This document shows positions 9,775-18,688 of a DNA stretch of 25,155 bases, one piece after another. Source of the stretch: Thermoplasmata archaeon (GTDB taxonomy: Archaea; Thermoplasmatota; SW-10-69-26; JACQPN01; JAJPHT01). The translations under genes and the position numbers were made by a program. The notes under the pieces are model-generated. The model saw only the letters and a list, made by a program, of their open reading frames with translations, did not search any database and was not told where the DNA came from. Each line of letters begins with the position of its first letter. The first letter of the stretch is position 1. The stretch is from positions 1-25,155 of the forward strand of contig JAXDQU010000075.1 in the NCBI GenBank assembly GCA_034667685.1, in the 5' to 3' direction.

Positions 9775-10826
9775 TCTGCTGTACCGCGACGCCGCTGGTG
9801 CTGCCGCACGAGGCGGGGCCGCTGGGGCCGCTCGTCGTGCGCGCGGAGGACGGCACGCTCCGCATCCCGATGACGGGACCGGCGTGCGGCGCGCTGCGGG
9901 CGGATCGGGCGTGCGGCGTCTACGAGGTCCGGCCCAGCGTGTGCCACCTCTACCCCTACCAGGTCCACGCGGGGCGGCGCATCCAGGCGACGGTGAGCCT
10001 GGGCTGCCCCGGAATCGCGGAGGCGCACGCGCTCCACCCCGCGCAGGCGCACCCGTTCGGCGTGGACAAGCGCGCGGAGGACGGGGCCACGCGCGCCATC
10101 GCGCTGGCGCTCGCGCAGCCGGGCGCGCAGGAGCAGGCCGCGCGGGCGAAGCAGACGTTCGTCGAGTTCGACCGCCGCATGAAGGAGTGGGGCGTGCACG
10201 CGACGTCCGACAAGCTGCGCAGCGCGTTCGTGCCGCGCCTGGAGAGCTTCGCGCGGCCCGAGCTGCTCCCCGCGCTCTTCGCCGGCCTCTCCGAAGGCGA
10301 CCTCCTGCTCGACGATCCGGGCGCCGTCGCCGCGCTCTTCGAGACGGAGCCGCAGGCCGACCTCGAGGACCTGCTCGTGGAGGGCGCGGCCGATGCGTTC
10401 GACGAGCCGGACACGGTGATCTGGGTCGAGGCCGACCATGCGTGGACGCAGGCGCGGGCCGAGGCGGGCGAGGTCGTGCTGACGCGCACGCCGGGCGGCG
10501 AGCGCCGTCTCGCGGTGGATGCGCTCCCCACGGCCTGGACCGACGAGGCGCGCGACGCGCTCGCCGCCTACCTCGCGCGGCTCTGCGGGCGCGACCAGAC
10601 CGAAGGAGCGGCGGCGTGGCTCGTCGACGCCTCGGGCTATCAGGCGACGCTTCCCGCCGCGTACGCGCGCGTGCTGGGCGAGGCCTCGCTCCAGGTCGCG
10701 CTGCGCGCCGGCCTCCTCGCGGCGGAGGAGGGCGCGCCGGAGATCACGCTTGCGCTGGCCCGCCGCGGGGTCGCGGCCTACGAGACGAGCTATCATTCTC
10801 TCCCCACGCTGGGGGCCATCCTGTGA
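9711..10826 (+). CDS. YkgJ-family (CxxCxxCC) cysteine-cluster protein; start disrupted/uncertain
   Basis: FECQPGCGFCC, CGALRADRACGVYEVRPSVCHLYPY, CPGI. No in-frame ATG/GTG just before the first motif (CTG at 9711 is the nearest option). The original start is probably GTG 9574, in another frame. Confidence 0.75.
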   Translation: MSGGNVQDARGLTFECQPGCGFCCTATPLVLPHEAGPLGPLVVRAEDGTLRIPMTGPACGALRADRACGVYEVRPSVCHLYPYQVHAGRRIQATVSLGCPGIAEAHALHPAQAHPFGVDKRAEDGATRAIALALAQPGAQEQAARAKQTFVEFDRRMKEWGVHATSDKLRSAFVPRLESFARPELLPALFAGLSEGDLLLDDPGAVAALFETEPQADLEDLLVEGAADAFDEPDTVIWVEADHAWTQARAEAGEVVLTRTPGGERRLAVDALPTAWTDEARDALAAYLARLCGRDQTEGAAAWLVDASGYQATLPAAYARVLGEASLQVALRAGLLAAEEGAPEITLALARRGVAAYETSYHSLPTLGAIL

Positions 10827-11095
10827 TCGACGCGCAGCCCCGCGTCGTGCTCGCGGCCACGCTCTTCCGCGTCGCGATGCCGCGCGTCGCCTCCGCCCTC
10901 GCGCCGCGCAAGCCCGAGGCGCGCACGAAGGAGCTGCTGCTCGCGACGCTGGAGCGCGGCGTGTGGGAGCTGCCCGACGACGCGCTCGCGGGATACGACG
11001 GCACCGAGGCGTGGGGCGACGAGGCGGCCCAGCGCCCCGCGGTGAAGGTGCTCCTGGAGCGCGCGATCATGATGGCCGTCTCGGGGCAGCCATGA
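10823..11095 (+). CDS. Hypothetical protein (90 aa)
   Basis: Coupled to both neighbours by GTGA and ATGA stop/start overlaps; coding-like codon usage. Confidence 0.7.
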   Translation: MIDAQPRVVLAATLFRVAMPRVASALAPRKPEARTKELLLATLERGVWELPDDALAGYDGTEAWGDEAAQRPAVKVLLERAIMMAVSGQP

Positions 11096-11880
11096 GGCGG
11101 CTCGTCCTGCTGCTCGCGGTGATCGCGGCGCCCGTCGCGCAAGCGAGCGCCGAGGGGTTCAGCCACGAGGTGCGCATCGTGGGGCGCGTGGTCGACGCGG
11201 ACGGGGCGCCGGTCGCCGGCGTCACGATCGCGGTCGCGCTCCACGGGGCGACGTCGCTGGGCGGCTGCCTCTTCGGCGCGCACTCCGACGCGACGGACGC
11301 GAACGGCGACTTCGTCCTCTGCCGCCACGTGCACGCGCTGCCGGAGAACGCGACCGCGGCGCTGACCGTCGAGGGCGCCAGCGTCGACGTGCCGATCGAC
11401 GCGCGGCTCCGGCTCGGCGTCGCGCGCCTCCAGCTCAACGGCACGCATGCGGGCGGCGCCATTCCCGCGTCGGTCCGCGTGGCGGGCCGCATCGTCTTCG
11501 CGCACCCCGGGGGCGAGCGGATCGAGGGCGTGAACGTCACGGCCACGCCGCTCTCGGGGCTGCCCGTCACGCTCCGGCTCGACGCGGGCCCGCGCGTGCT
11601 CGCCACGGCGAACGCGACGACGGACGAGAACGGCGACTACGCGGCGGACCTGCCGTGGGCCGCGAACGCGACGGTCACGCTGGAGGCCAGCGGCCGCGTC
11701 TCCACGGCCAGCGTGGACGCCTGGCGGCGCGTGGACCTCGACCAGGTGCACGTCGCGGCGCCTCCGCCCCCCGCGAGGCCTGGCACCGGCACGCCGCGCA
11801 TCCCGGGGCCGGAGGTCGCGCTCGTCTTCGCCGCGATCGCGCTCAGCGCATGCGCCCGATGGAGATCCCGACCAACGTGA
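11092..11880 (+). CDS. Secreted protein with carboxypeptidase-regulatory-like beta domains and a PGF-CTERM-like sorting tail
   Basis: Signal peptide MRRLVLLLAVIAAPVAQA. Two GRV/I...TDxNGDF/Y domains. Pro-rich linker, then IPGPE, a TM helix and a basic tail RWRSR. Confidence 0.75.
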   Translation: MRRLVLLLAVIAAPVAQASAEGFSHEVRIVGRVVDADGAPVAGVTIAVALHGATSLGGCLFGAHSDATDANGDFVLCRHVHALPENATAALTVEGASVDVPIDARLRLGVARLQLNGTHAGGAIPASVRVAGRIVFAHPGGERIEGVNVTATPLSGLPVTLRLDAGPRVLATANATTDENGDYAADLPWAANATVTLEASGRVSTASVDAWRRVDLDQVHVAAPPPPARPGTGTPRIPGPEVALVFAAIALSACARWRSRPT

Positions 11881-13351
11881 TGCCCACCGCGCCGACGCCG
11901 ACGAGGATCAGCACGTAGGCCTTGCCCTCGCGGACCATCGCGTCCATGTCGTAGGTGAACTGCTCGATGGGGCTCTGCTTGGCGGGCGCGGGGACGGTCG
12001 CCAGGAGCGAGGCGAACTGCGGCTGGCCCAGCAGCGTGGGGTCCTTGGCGACCTGGACGGCGGCGATGGCGTTGACGAAGCCGAAGCCCGTGTCGTTGTC
12101 GCGCCCCTTCGGGCCGAGGTCCTGCGCGGTGACGAGCAGGATCTTCTTGACGTCCTGGGGCGTGAGCTGCGGGTTGACCTGGAGCATCAGCGCGACGACG
12201 CCCGCGACGTGGGGCGTCGCCATGCTCGTGCCGCTGAGCGTGCCGTAGAAGCCCGCGCTCTGCTGGCCGAAGAGGCCCGAGACGGAGGAGGTCGAGGGCG
12301 GGACGGTGCTCGTGATGTCAGACCCGGGCGCCACGATGTCGGGCTTCTGGAGGTGCGTCGCGACGGTGGGCCCGCGGCTGGAGTAGCCCGCGATGCGCTT
12401 CTGCTTGTCCACGGCGCCCACGGTGATCGCGTTGGCGGCGGCGCCGGGCGCGGTGATGGTCTGCGGACCGGGGCCGGCGTTGCCTGCGGCGGCGACGATG
12501 ACGAGCCCCTTCTCGACGGCCTGGTTCACGCCCTGGCAGATGGCGTCGTTGCCGTCGGAGGGCGTGCCGCCCAGGCTCATCGTGGCGACGCGGATGTTGT
12601 CCGACTTCATGTGGTCGAGCACCCAGTCGAGCCCCTTCAGGACGACGCTGGCGGTGGTCGAGTTCGCGGCGGTGAAGACCTTGACGTTGACGAACGACGC
12701 GTCGGGCGCCACGCCCTTGTAGAGGCCGCCGGACTGGCCGCCCCCGCCGACGGCGATGCCCGCGACGTGCGTGCCGTGCCCTTCCGTGCCCGCGGGGGCG
12801 ACGACGGTGATGCCGCCCGGGCCGGTGGGCGCGATGCCGCCGGCGTCGAAGTGGTCGACGATCTTGTCCTTGAAGTCGGGGTGCTGCTCGAAGGCGCCGT
12901 CGTCGATGATCGCGACGGTCTGCCCCTTGCCGGTGGCGCCGTAGTCCTTCCAGACCTGCGGCGCGCCGATGAGCGGCACGGAGTCCTTGAGCATCAGGTA
13001 CATCGGCGCGTCGTGCTCCACGAGGACGACGCCGGGCATGGCGCGCAGCGAGGCGACCTGCGCCGGGAGGGCGCGCACGACGAGGAAGGGGAAGTTGTGA
13101 TAGCTCTGCGCGACCTCGATCCCCGCCTGGTCGAGCGCGGCGCGCTGCGCGGGCGTGGGCATCGTCGCGTAGTCGAGGAAGACGGAGATCGGCTCGTGCC
13201 CCGTGAGCGCCTGGAGCGAGTCGTCGATGCCGTCGTGGTCCTGGTCGAGGTAGGTGCGCGTCCACCAGGGCGGGTCGCCGCCCGGGACGGCGCGCGCGCC
13301 CAGCGGAAGGGCGAGAAGGATCAGAATGAGGCCCCAAGCCAGCGCGCGCAC
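11843..13351 (-). CDS. S8 family (subtilisin-like) serine peptidase, secreted, C-terminal membrane anchor
   Basis: Triad motifs VAIIDDG, GHGTHVAG, GTSMATPHVAG; oxyanion AAAGN; signal peptide; DQDHDGIDD motif; C-terminal hydrophobic helix. Confidence 0.95.
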   Translation of the reverse strand: MRALAWGLILILLALPLGARAVPGGDPPWWTRTYLDQDHDGIDDSLQALTGHEPISVFLDYATMPTPAQRAALDQAGIEVAQSYHNFPFLVVRALPAQVASLRAMPGVVLVEHDAPMYLMLKDSVPLIGAPQVWKDYGATGKGQTVAIIDDGAFEQHPDFKDKIVDHFDAGGIAPTGPGGITVVAPAGTEGHGTHVAGIAVGGGGQSGGLYKGVAPDASFVNVKVFTAANSTTASVVLKGLDWVLDHMKSDNIRVATMSLGGTPSDGNDAICQGVNQAVEKGLVIVAAAGNAGPGPQTITAPGAAANAITVGAVDKQKRIAGYSSRGPTVATHLQKPDIVAPGSDITSTVPPSTSSVSGLFGQQSAGFYGTLSGTSMATPHVAGVVALMLQVNPQLTPQDVKKILLVTAQDLGPKGRDNDTGFGFVNAIAAVQVAKDPTLLGQPQFASLLATVPAPAKQSPIEQFTYDMDAMVREGKAYVLILVGVGAVGITLVGISIGRMR

Positions 13352-13388
13352 GTGCGGCGAGTCCGCGCCGGCCTAGGTAAAGGTTGTT

Positions 13389-13416
13389 GGTCAGCGCACC
13401 CGTGGGTGCGCTGACC
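13389..13416. terminator. Perfect 13-bp inverted repeat downstream of the H1-like gene
   Basis: ggtcagcgcaccc-gt-gggtgcgctgacc, 11 nt past the stop at 13428 and just upstream of the S8 promoter. Could be a terminator or an operator. Confidence 0.45.
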
Positions 13417-13427
13417 GGAGAAGCGCT

Positions 13428-13925
13428 CTACTTGCGCTTGCCCTTGGCCTTCTTGGCCTTCTTGCCGCCGGTCTTCTTGGCGACCTTCTTGGTGGCCTTC
13501 TTGCCGCCCTTCTTGGCGACCTTCTTCGTGGCCTTCTTGGCGACCTTGCGGGTGGCCTTGCGGCCGCCGGTCTTCTTGGCGGACTTGGCGGCGACCTTCT
13601 TGGCCTTGGCGGCCTCGCGGCGGGCCTTGGCGCGCGCCTTGCGCTCCTCCATCATGGCCTTGCGCTTCGCCTCGCGCTTCATCTTGCGCTCGGCGGCGCG
13701 CTTCTTGGCCTCGGCGCGCTGCTCGCGCCACTTGCTGCCGCCCTTGCGGCGCAGGATGGGCAGGCCCGTGCGGGTCGTCGTGGCGACCTCGTAGCCCTGG
13801 GGGAGCTCCGCGGGCGAGCCCGACTTGGGCTTGTTGCGCGCGAAGAAGTAGATCGTCTGCTGGCGGCCGCCCTTCAGGGTGACCGTCCGGCTGTACAACG
13901 TGTAACCGTCCTTCTGGAAGGGCAT
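13428..13925 (-). CDS. Small basic domain fused to a Lys/Ala-rich histone H1-like tail
   Basis: ATG 13925. MPFQKDGYTLYSRTVTLKGGRQQTIYFFA...GYEV...TGLPILRRK, a charged helix, then repeated KKVAKK/KKATKK/KKTGG. Confidence 0.85.
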   Translation of the reverse strand: MPFQKDGYTLYSRTVTLKGGRQQTIYFFARNKPKSGSPAELPQGYEVATTTRTGLPILRRKGGSKWREQRAEAKKRAAERKMKREAKRKAMMEERKARAKARREAAKAKKVAAKSAKKTGGRKATRKVAKKATKKVAKKGGKKATKKVAKKTGGKKAKKAKGKRK

Positions 13926-13970
13926 AGATATCCCGCGTGAGAACGCGCAGCGGGGGTGCATAAGGTTGTC

Positions 13971-13980
13971 TTTTTATATC
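13971..13980. promoter_or_regulatory. Strong TATA box (TTTTTATATC / GATATAAAAA)
   Basis: Conspicuous AT-rich block in a GC-rich window, about 46 nt upstream of the H1-like ATG. Reads as TATA-like on both strands. Confidence 0.65.
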
Positions 13981-14145
13981 GGCCGCGGTCCCACCGGGGG
14001 GAAATGGACATGTCCTGACAACGAGGACATCTTCCATTGCCCCTGTCGAAATCGGCGCATCCGAAATTCTGTGGCTCGCGGTTCACTTCCGATGGAAATC
14101 CTATGGGGTACCGGACGTTCGACGCACGACGATGGGCCCAAGACC

Positions 14146-14235
14146 GGGGCTATGGGCTCAGGACTCTGGACTCGGGGCTCTCCGGGTGCGAGGCAAGCGG
14201 GAGCCCCGAGTCCAGAGTCCTGAGCCCATAGCCCC
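14146..14235. repeat. Periodic palindrome, 7-bp unit nGGRCTC x5; perfect 35-bp arms, 20-nt loop
   Basis: ggggcta tgggctc aggactc tggactc ggggctc / gagcccc gagtcca gagtcct gagccca tagcccc. Confidence 0.92.
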
Positions 14236-14261
14236 AAACGTCCGCGCCCGCATCGCGCCGC

Positions 14262-14642
14262 GTGGACTTCGAGCTGATCACGCGCCGCCTCTGCCTGATC
14301 AAGGACACCGGGCACGCCGGCGTCCTGTGGGGCGGCAACATGATGGCGTGGGTGGACGAGGCGGGCGCCATCTACGCCGGACGCCAGGTGCGCAACCGGT
14401 ACATGGTCACGAAGGCGTTCACCGAGATCGACTTCCAGAGCCGCGTCGTGCCCGGCGACATGGTGAGCTTCTACGGCCGCGTCGCCAAGGTCGGACGCAC
14501 CAGCCTCGCCATCGACCTGCGCGTCACCGCGACGCACCCCGCCGACGAGGACGAGCGCGAGGTGCTCTCCGTCACGGGCGTCTTCGTGGCGATCGACGAT
14601 GCCGGGAACAAGGAGCAAATCTCCCTGGCGCGGCGGGCGTGA
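14262..14642 (+). CDS. Acyl-CoA thioesterase, HotDog fold (YciA-like)
   Basis: DTGHAGVLWGGNMMAWVDEAG, IDF...PGD, KVGRTSL, VFVAID. Confidence 0.9.
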   Translation: MDFELITRRLCLIKDTGHAGVLWGGNMMAWVDEAGAIYAGRQVRNRYMVTKAFTEIDFQSRVVPGDMVSFYGRVAKVGRTSLAIDLRVTATHPADEDEREVLSVTGVFVAIDDAGNKEQISLARRA

Positions 14643-14731
14643 CGGCTGCACGTCGCTCCCGGATCGGAAGCGGCCTGGTCAACAAGTGTACCACAAGGGA
14701 GGACGCGGGCGCGCGGCGCATGGCGGGGCTT

Positions 14732-14787
14732 GGTCAGGTGACGAGACACCCTGTCGGGGAGCGGCGGGTCAGGTGACTAGACACCTG
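14732..14787. repeat. Pair of 19-bp direct repeats with internal dyad symmetry
   Basis: ggtcaggtgacgagacacc (14732-14750) and ggtcaggtgactagacacc (14767-14785). The second extends to caggtg-actaga-cacctg. Confidence 0.75.
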
Positions 14788-14951
14788 TGGAAGCCTCGGC
14801 GTCGGCGCGGGGCATCGCGCCCGACTTCCTGGCGGGCAAGGCGACGGCCGTGTGGGTCCGCGCCAAGGCAGTCGGGCGCCATCCATTCTCTTGCTTGATC
14901 CACAGCACGCAGAACGCCGACGGAACGTGGACCGGGATGGTGGGCACGCTT
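14787..14951 (+). pseudogene. C-terminal remnant of a cupredoxin (type-1 copper) gene
   Basis: AKAVGRHPFSCLIHSTQNADGTWTGMVGTL fits GxYxFxCxxH...GMxGxL. In-frame TAG at 14778; no N-terminal half or signal peptide. Confidence 0.45.
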
Positions 14952-14992
14952 TCGATTCCGGGCCCAAGCGTTCGGGCTCGGAATCGAAAGCG
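14947..14992. terminator. 19-bp inverted repeat 9 nt downstream of the S15 hydrolase stop
   Basis: cgctttcgattccgggccc-aagcgttc-gggctcggaatcgaaagcg, with one mismatch. Confidence 0.55.
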
Positions 14993-15001
14993 GAATCCGG
15001 T

Positions 15002-16537
15002 CTAGCTGCTCGTCGGCACGTCGACGCTCAACGAGACCTGGTAGAGTCCGGGCTCGCGGTTCGTGGCGTGCGCGGCGTCGCTCGTGCTGACCTGGAGGCC
15101 GAGGGTGTGGCCCGCGGGGATCACGTAGTCGACGCCGACGAGGTCGACGTCCGCGCGGCTTGCGCTGAGGGGCGAGACGGGCATGCGGAACGCTTGCGTC
15201 TGGCCGTCGAGCACGACGCCGCTGGTCTTGTCGACGAGGCGGAAGAACAGGAACGCTTCGGTGCCCGCTCCGCTGACGCTGAGGTGGACGTGGCCGATGC
15301 CGCTGACCTCGGTGTCGCTCGCGAAGGTCGCGACGGGCACGATGGCGCTGCCCACGCCGTCGTCGAGGACGGGGGCGGCCGCGCCGCCGTTGACGCCGCC
15401 CGCGCCGACGTTGAAGCTGCCGCCGCCCGTGGGGGCCGGGGTGGACGCGAGCTGGAGGTCGGCGGAAGCGTGGAGCCAGCGGCCCTCCTCGGGGGGCCAG
15501 GTCTCCGCGCCGTGCCAGGCGCCGGTGTTGTCCTCCCACTGGATGCCCTGCGGGACGGCGGGGGCGCCCTGGAGCCAGTGCTGGAGCCAGGCGACGGTCG
15601 CGTCGTCCACGACGGAGCCGGGGCCCGCGTAGGGGCAGCCGGCGTGGCCGCCGCAGTAGAGGACCAGCGAGGCGGGGACGTGCTGCGCGCGCAGCGCGTT
15701 GAGGTTCGCCATCGCCTCGTTGGGGTTGAACAGCGTGTCGGGCAGGCCCTGCGTGAGGAGCGTGGGCGCGCGGATGCGGCTCATCCAGGCGGCGGCGCTG
15801 CGCTCGTAGAGGCCCTGCGCGACGTCGGCCGTCACGCCGTTGGTGGCGTGGACCTCGGCGTACCACAGGGGGAGATTGATATCATAGCTCTGGGCCTGCT
15901 CGCCGGCGGGGCCGCCGGGCTCCAGGCCGTACGCGGTGCCGGTGGCGACGCCCGCGCCGAAGAGGACCTGGATCCAGCCTTCCTTGGGCACGCCGCCGGG
16001 GCCGAGGCTCTGGCGGAGGTCGTTCCAGGTGATATCAGGGACGATGGCGTCGATGCGCGGGTCGAAGGCGGCGGTCAGGAGCTGGATGCCGCCCGCGTAG
16101 GAGCCGCCCGCCATGCCCACGACGGGGTCGCCCGCGCCATCGAGCTTGATGCCCGGCGTGGCCGCGAGGACATCCACGAGGGCGCTCGCGTCGCGCACCT
16201 CGTACGCCGGGGAGTCGAGCTCGATGAAGCCGCCCGACTGGCCGAAGCCGCGCGAGTCCCAGGTGAGGACCGCGAAGCCCGCGCCGAGGAGGCGCCCCAC
16301 CATGCCGCCCGCGCTGGTGGCGCGCGAGCCGGCCCAGCCGTGCGTCATGAGCACCGCGGGGACCGGGTGGTCCGCGTCGGCGCCCGCGGGCATGAACAGG
16401 GTGTAGACGATGGGCGTGCCGTCGAAGGACGTGAGCACGCTCGTGGTGATCGACGGGGACGCCTCGGCCGGCGCGACGAAGGCGGGGACCGCCATCATCG
16501 TCGCAAGGGCCAGCGTCGCTAGGGTGACGAGCCTCAA
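15002..16537 (-). CDS. Secreted CocE/NonD (peptidase S15-like) alpha/beta hydrolase
   Basis: Signal peptide, SFDGTPI, THGWAG, WDSRGFGQSGG, nucleophile GGSYAGG, DTLF, CGGH; TTG start. Confidence 0.9.
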   Translation of the reverse strand: MRLVTLATLALATMMAVPAFVAPAEASPSITTSVLTSFDGTPIVYTLFMPAGADADHPVPAVLMTHGWAGSRATSAGGMVGRLLGAGFAVLTWDSRGFGQSGGFIELDSPAYEVRDASALVDVLAATPGIKLDGAGDPVVGMAGGSYAGGIQLLTAAFDPRIDAIVPDITWNDLRQSLGPGGVPKEGWIQVLFGAGVATGTAYGLEPGGPAGEQAQSYDINLPLWYAEVHATNGVTADVAQGLYERSAAAWMSRIRAPTLLTQGLPDTLFNPNEAMANLNALRAQHVPASLVLYCGGHAGCPYAGPGSVVDDATVAWLQHWLQGAPAVPQGIQWEDNTGAWHGAETWPPEEGRWLHASADLQLASTPAPTGGGSFNVGAGGVNGGAAAPVLDDGVGSAIVPVATFASDTEVSGIGHVHLSVSGAGTEAFLFFRLVDKTSGVVLDGQTQAFRMPVSPLSASRADVDLVGVDYVIPAGHTLGLQVSTSDAAHATNREPGLYQVSLSVDVPTSS

Positions 16538-16699
16538 GGGAGCCTCTCCAGGAGACGCCAGGCAGGCTGCCCGTCTTCAAGATTGTCGGACCCGAACGCG
16601 CCTTTCCACCCCTTGTCCGCCTGCTTGGAGCGACCCACGGGCCCCATCGGCCGGACGGCGAGAAGCCACATCCGCCGCGCGCAAGCCAGTCCAGGAGGC

Positions 16700-16981
16700 A
16701 TGGAGCCTCAGGATCAGGATCAGGACCAGACGCGCAAGACCGCCGCCGACCGCGCGTTCGAGGAAGCCAAGGAGACGGTCGGCAAGGGCGTCGCCTCGAC
16801 CGCGGGCGCCGTCCACGGATTCAACGAGAAGATGGACGAGAAGGACCTCTCCGGGAAGGCGAAGGAGGCCATCCAGAAGACGGGCCAGACGACGCGCGAG
16901 ATCGCCGGCACGGCCGCGAAGGAGGCCGTGAAGACCAAGGAGCACGTCCAGGACAAGGCCGTCGAGGGCAAGGACGCGTAA
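16700..16981 (+). CDS. Small hydrophilic LEA/general-stress-like protein
   Basis: ATG 16700 after AGGAGG. A/K/E/T-rich amphipathic repeats (KAKEAIQKTG, AAKEAVKTKE). No Cys, Trp or Tyr. Confidence 0.7.
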   Translation: MEPQDQDQDQTRKTAADRAFEEAKETVGKGVASTAGAVHGFNEKMDEKDLSGKAKEAIQKTGQTTREIAGTAAKEAVKTKEHVQDKAVEGKDA

Positions 16982-17027
16982 GGGCGCCCCCACAACGCTC
17001 AAGAACCGCCCGCAGCGCTCCCGCCGC

Positions 17028-18683
17028 GTGCGCCTCGCCCTCGCGCTCGCCTTTGCCCTCGTCCTTCCGGTGGTCGCCGGCTGCCTCGCCTCGACCTCCG
17101 CGCCGACGACGACGAACGCGAGCGCCCTCCTTTCGCAGCCGCTGTTCAACGCGACGAAGAAGGAGCAGGCGCTCCTCCCGATGGCGGACGGCGTGAAGCT
17201 CGACAACTGGGTCTTCCGCCCCGACGCGCCCGGGCAGTTCCCGGTCCTCATCGAGTCGCGCCCCTACTTCGGCAACGCGGACCCGCCGGCGAAGGACGGC
17301 GGCCAGAAGTTCAGCAAGTGGCTCGCGGAGTACTTCGTCCCGCGCGGCTACGTCGTCGTGCTCCACAGCGTGCGCGGCACGGGCGACTCCGAGGGGTGCT
17401 ACGGCCAGGGCGGCCTGATCGAGCAGAAGGACGAGGCCGCGACGGTCGAGGCGTTCGCCAAGATGCCCTACAGCAACGGCAACGTCGCGATGATCGGCAA
17501 GTCCTACGGCGGCACGACGCCCTGGGAGGCCGCGGTGCAGGCGCCGCCGCACCTGCGGACGATCGTGCCGATCGAAGGCATCACGGACTGGTACAAGTAT
17601 CTCTTCACGCACGGCGTCACGATCGGCTCGCAGGTGGGCTTCGACGCGACGTATCTCACTGAGATCAGCTACAACATGGGCGCTGGCGTGCCGCAGCCCT
17701 CGCAGACGCAGATCGCCAACTATCCGGGCAAGGCGTGCCAGGACACCGCGCAGATGCAGACCTCGGAGGAGAGCGCGCACGCCACCGGCGACAAGGACGC
17801 CTGGTGGCAGGAGCGCGACTACGAGGCGCACGTCGACGCGATCAACAAGGCGAACGTCAGCGTCTACCTCGTGCACGGCTTCCAGGACTGGAACGTGAAG
17901 CCGGACCACGTCGCGACGATCTACAACAAGATCACCACCGAGAAGCGTCTCGTGTTCGGCCAGCAGGACCACCAGTATCCGCTGCGCGCGGACTGGGGCG
18001 AGGACCTGCTGCGCTGGTTCGACCACACGCTCAAGGGCGTCGACAACGGCATCGAGAAGACGCAGCCCGTCATGCTCCTCGACAGCGCGGGCGTCTGGCA
18101 CACGGAGGACAGCTTCCCGCCGGCTCGCGCGGTCGCGACCGTCGTTCCGCTGAAGTTCGACCAGGACAGCTACGTGCCCACGCCCGCGAGCGAGGCCAAC
18201 GACCCGACGGCCGGCCCGGACAAGCTCGTCTGGAAGGGGACGCCCGCCACGGCCGACGTGCACGTCTCGGGCAGCCCCGTGCTCGCGTTCAACGCGACGG
18301 TCGCGGGCGCCAACGCGCAGTTCATCGCGGCGCTCTATGATATCAACGGCTCGACGTGGAAGCCCGTCGACTGGGCCGCCATCGACGCGCGCCACCTGAC
18401 CGACGACACGCAGAGCGCGCCGGTCACGCCGGGCAGCACGTTGGGCGTCAAGGTCGCGCTCTACCCCCTGGACCACGACCTGGCGCCGGGGCATGCCTGG
18501 GGCCTCGTGCTCACCGGGGCGGGCGGCTACTGGAAGGTCAACGACCAGGCCAGCGGCTCGGTCGTCGAGGGGCAGGTCACGGTGGGCGGCGCGACGCTCA
18601 CGTTCCCCGTGCTCCCCGACTTCCACGCCGAGTCGCCCCAGCCCACGATGAAGAAGGCGGACGACCTGCCCTGGACGAGCTGA
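17028..18683 (+). CDS. CocE/NonD family hydrolase (X-Pro dipeptidyl-peptidase-like) lipoprotein
   Basis: Lipobox VAGC, MADGVKL, VRGTGDSEGC, GKSYGG, HGFQDWNV, GQQDH. Confidence 0.9.
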   Translation: MRLALALAFALVLPVVAGCLASTSAPTTTNASALLSQPLFNATKKEQALLPMADGVKLDNWVFRPDAPGQFPVLIESRPYFGNADPPAKDGGQKFSKWLAEYFVPRGYVVVLHSVRGTGDSEGCYGQGGLIEQKDEAATVEAFAKMPYSNGNVAMIGKSYGGTTPWEAAVQAPPHLRTIVPIEGITDWYKYLFTHGVTIGSQVGFDATYLTEISYNMGAGVPQPSQTQIANYPGKACQDTAQMQTSEESAHATGDKDAWWQERDYEAHVDAINKANVSVYLVHGFQDWNVKPDHVATIYNKITTEKRLVFGQQDHQYPLRADWGEDLLRWFDHTLKGVDNGIEKTQPVMLLDSAGVWHTEDSFPPARAVATVVPLKFDQDSYVPTPASEANDPTAGPDKLVWKGTPATADVHVSGSPVLAFNATVAGANAQFIAALYDINGSTWKPVDWAAIDARHLTDDTQSAPVTPGSTLGVKVALYPLDHDLAPGHAWGLVLTGAGGYWKVNDQASGSVVEGQVTVGGATLTFPVLPDFHAESPQPTMKKADDLPWTS

Positions 18684-18688
18684 GACCC

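Noticed and set aside
11843-11880. 38-nt convergent overlap between the surface-protein and subtilisin genes
   Set aside because: Short 3' overlaps are common in compact GC-rich genomes; no further signal.
7446-14000. CCCACCGGGGG shared by two promoter regions (7446-7456, 13990-14000)
   Set aside because: An 11-mer that is almost all G/C can recur by chance at this base composition; two instances are not enough to call an operator.
14732-14787. Possible mini-CRISPR array
   Set aside because: Only two 19-bp repeats with a 16-bp spacer, and no cas genes or leader.
16709-16730. CAGGAT hexamer microsatellite as a phase-variation tract
   Set aside because: Short and in frame (QDQDQDQ); unit changes would not shift the frame.
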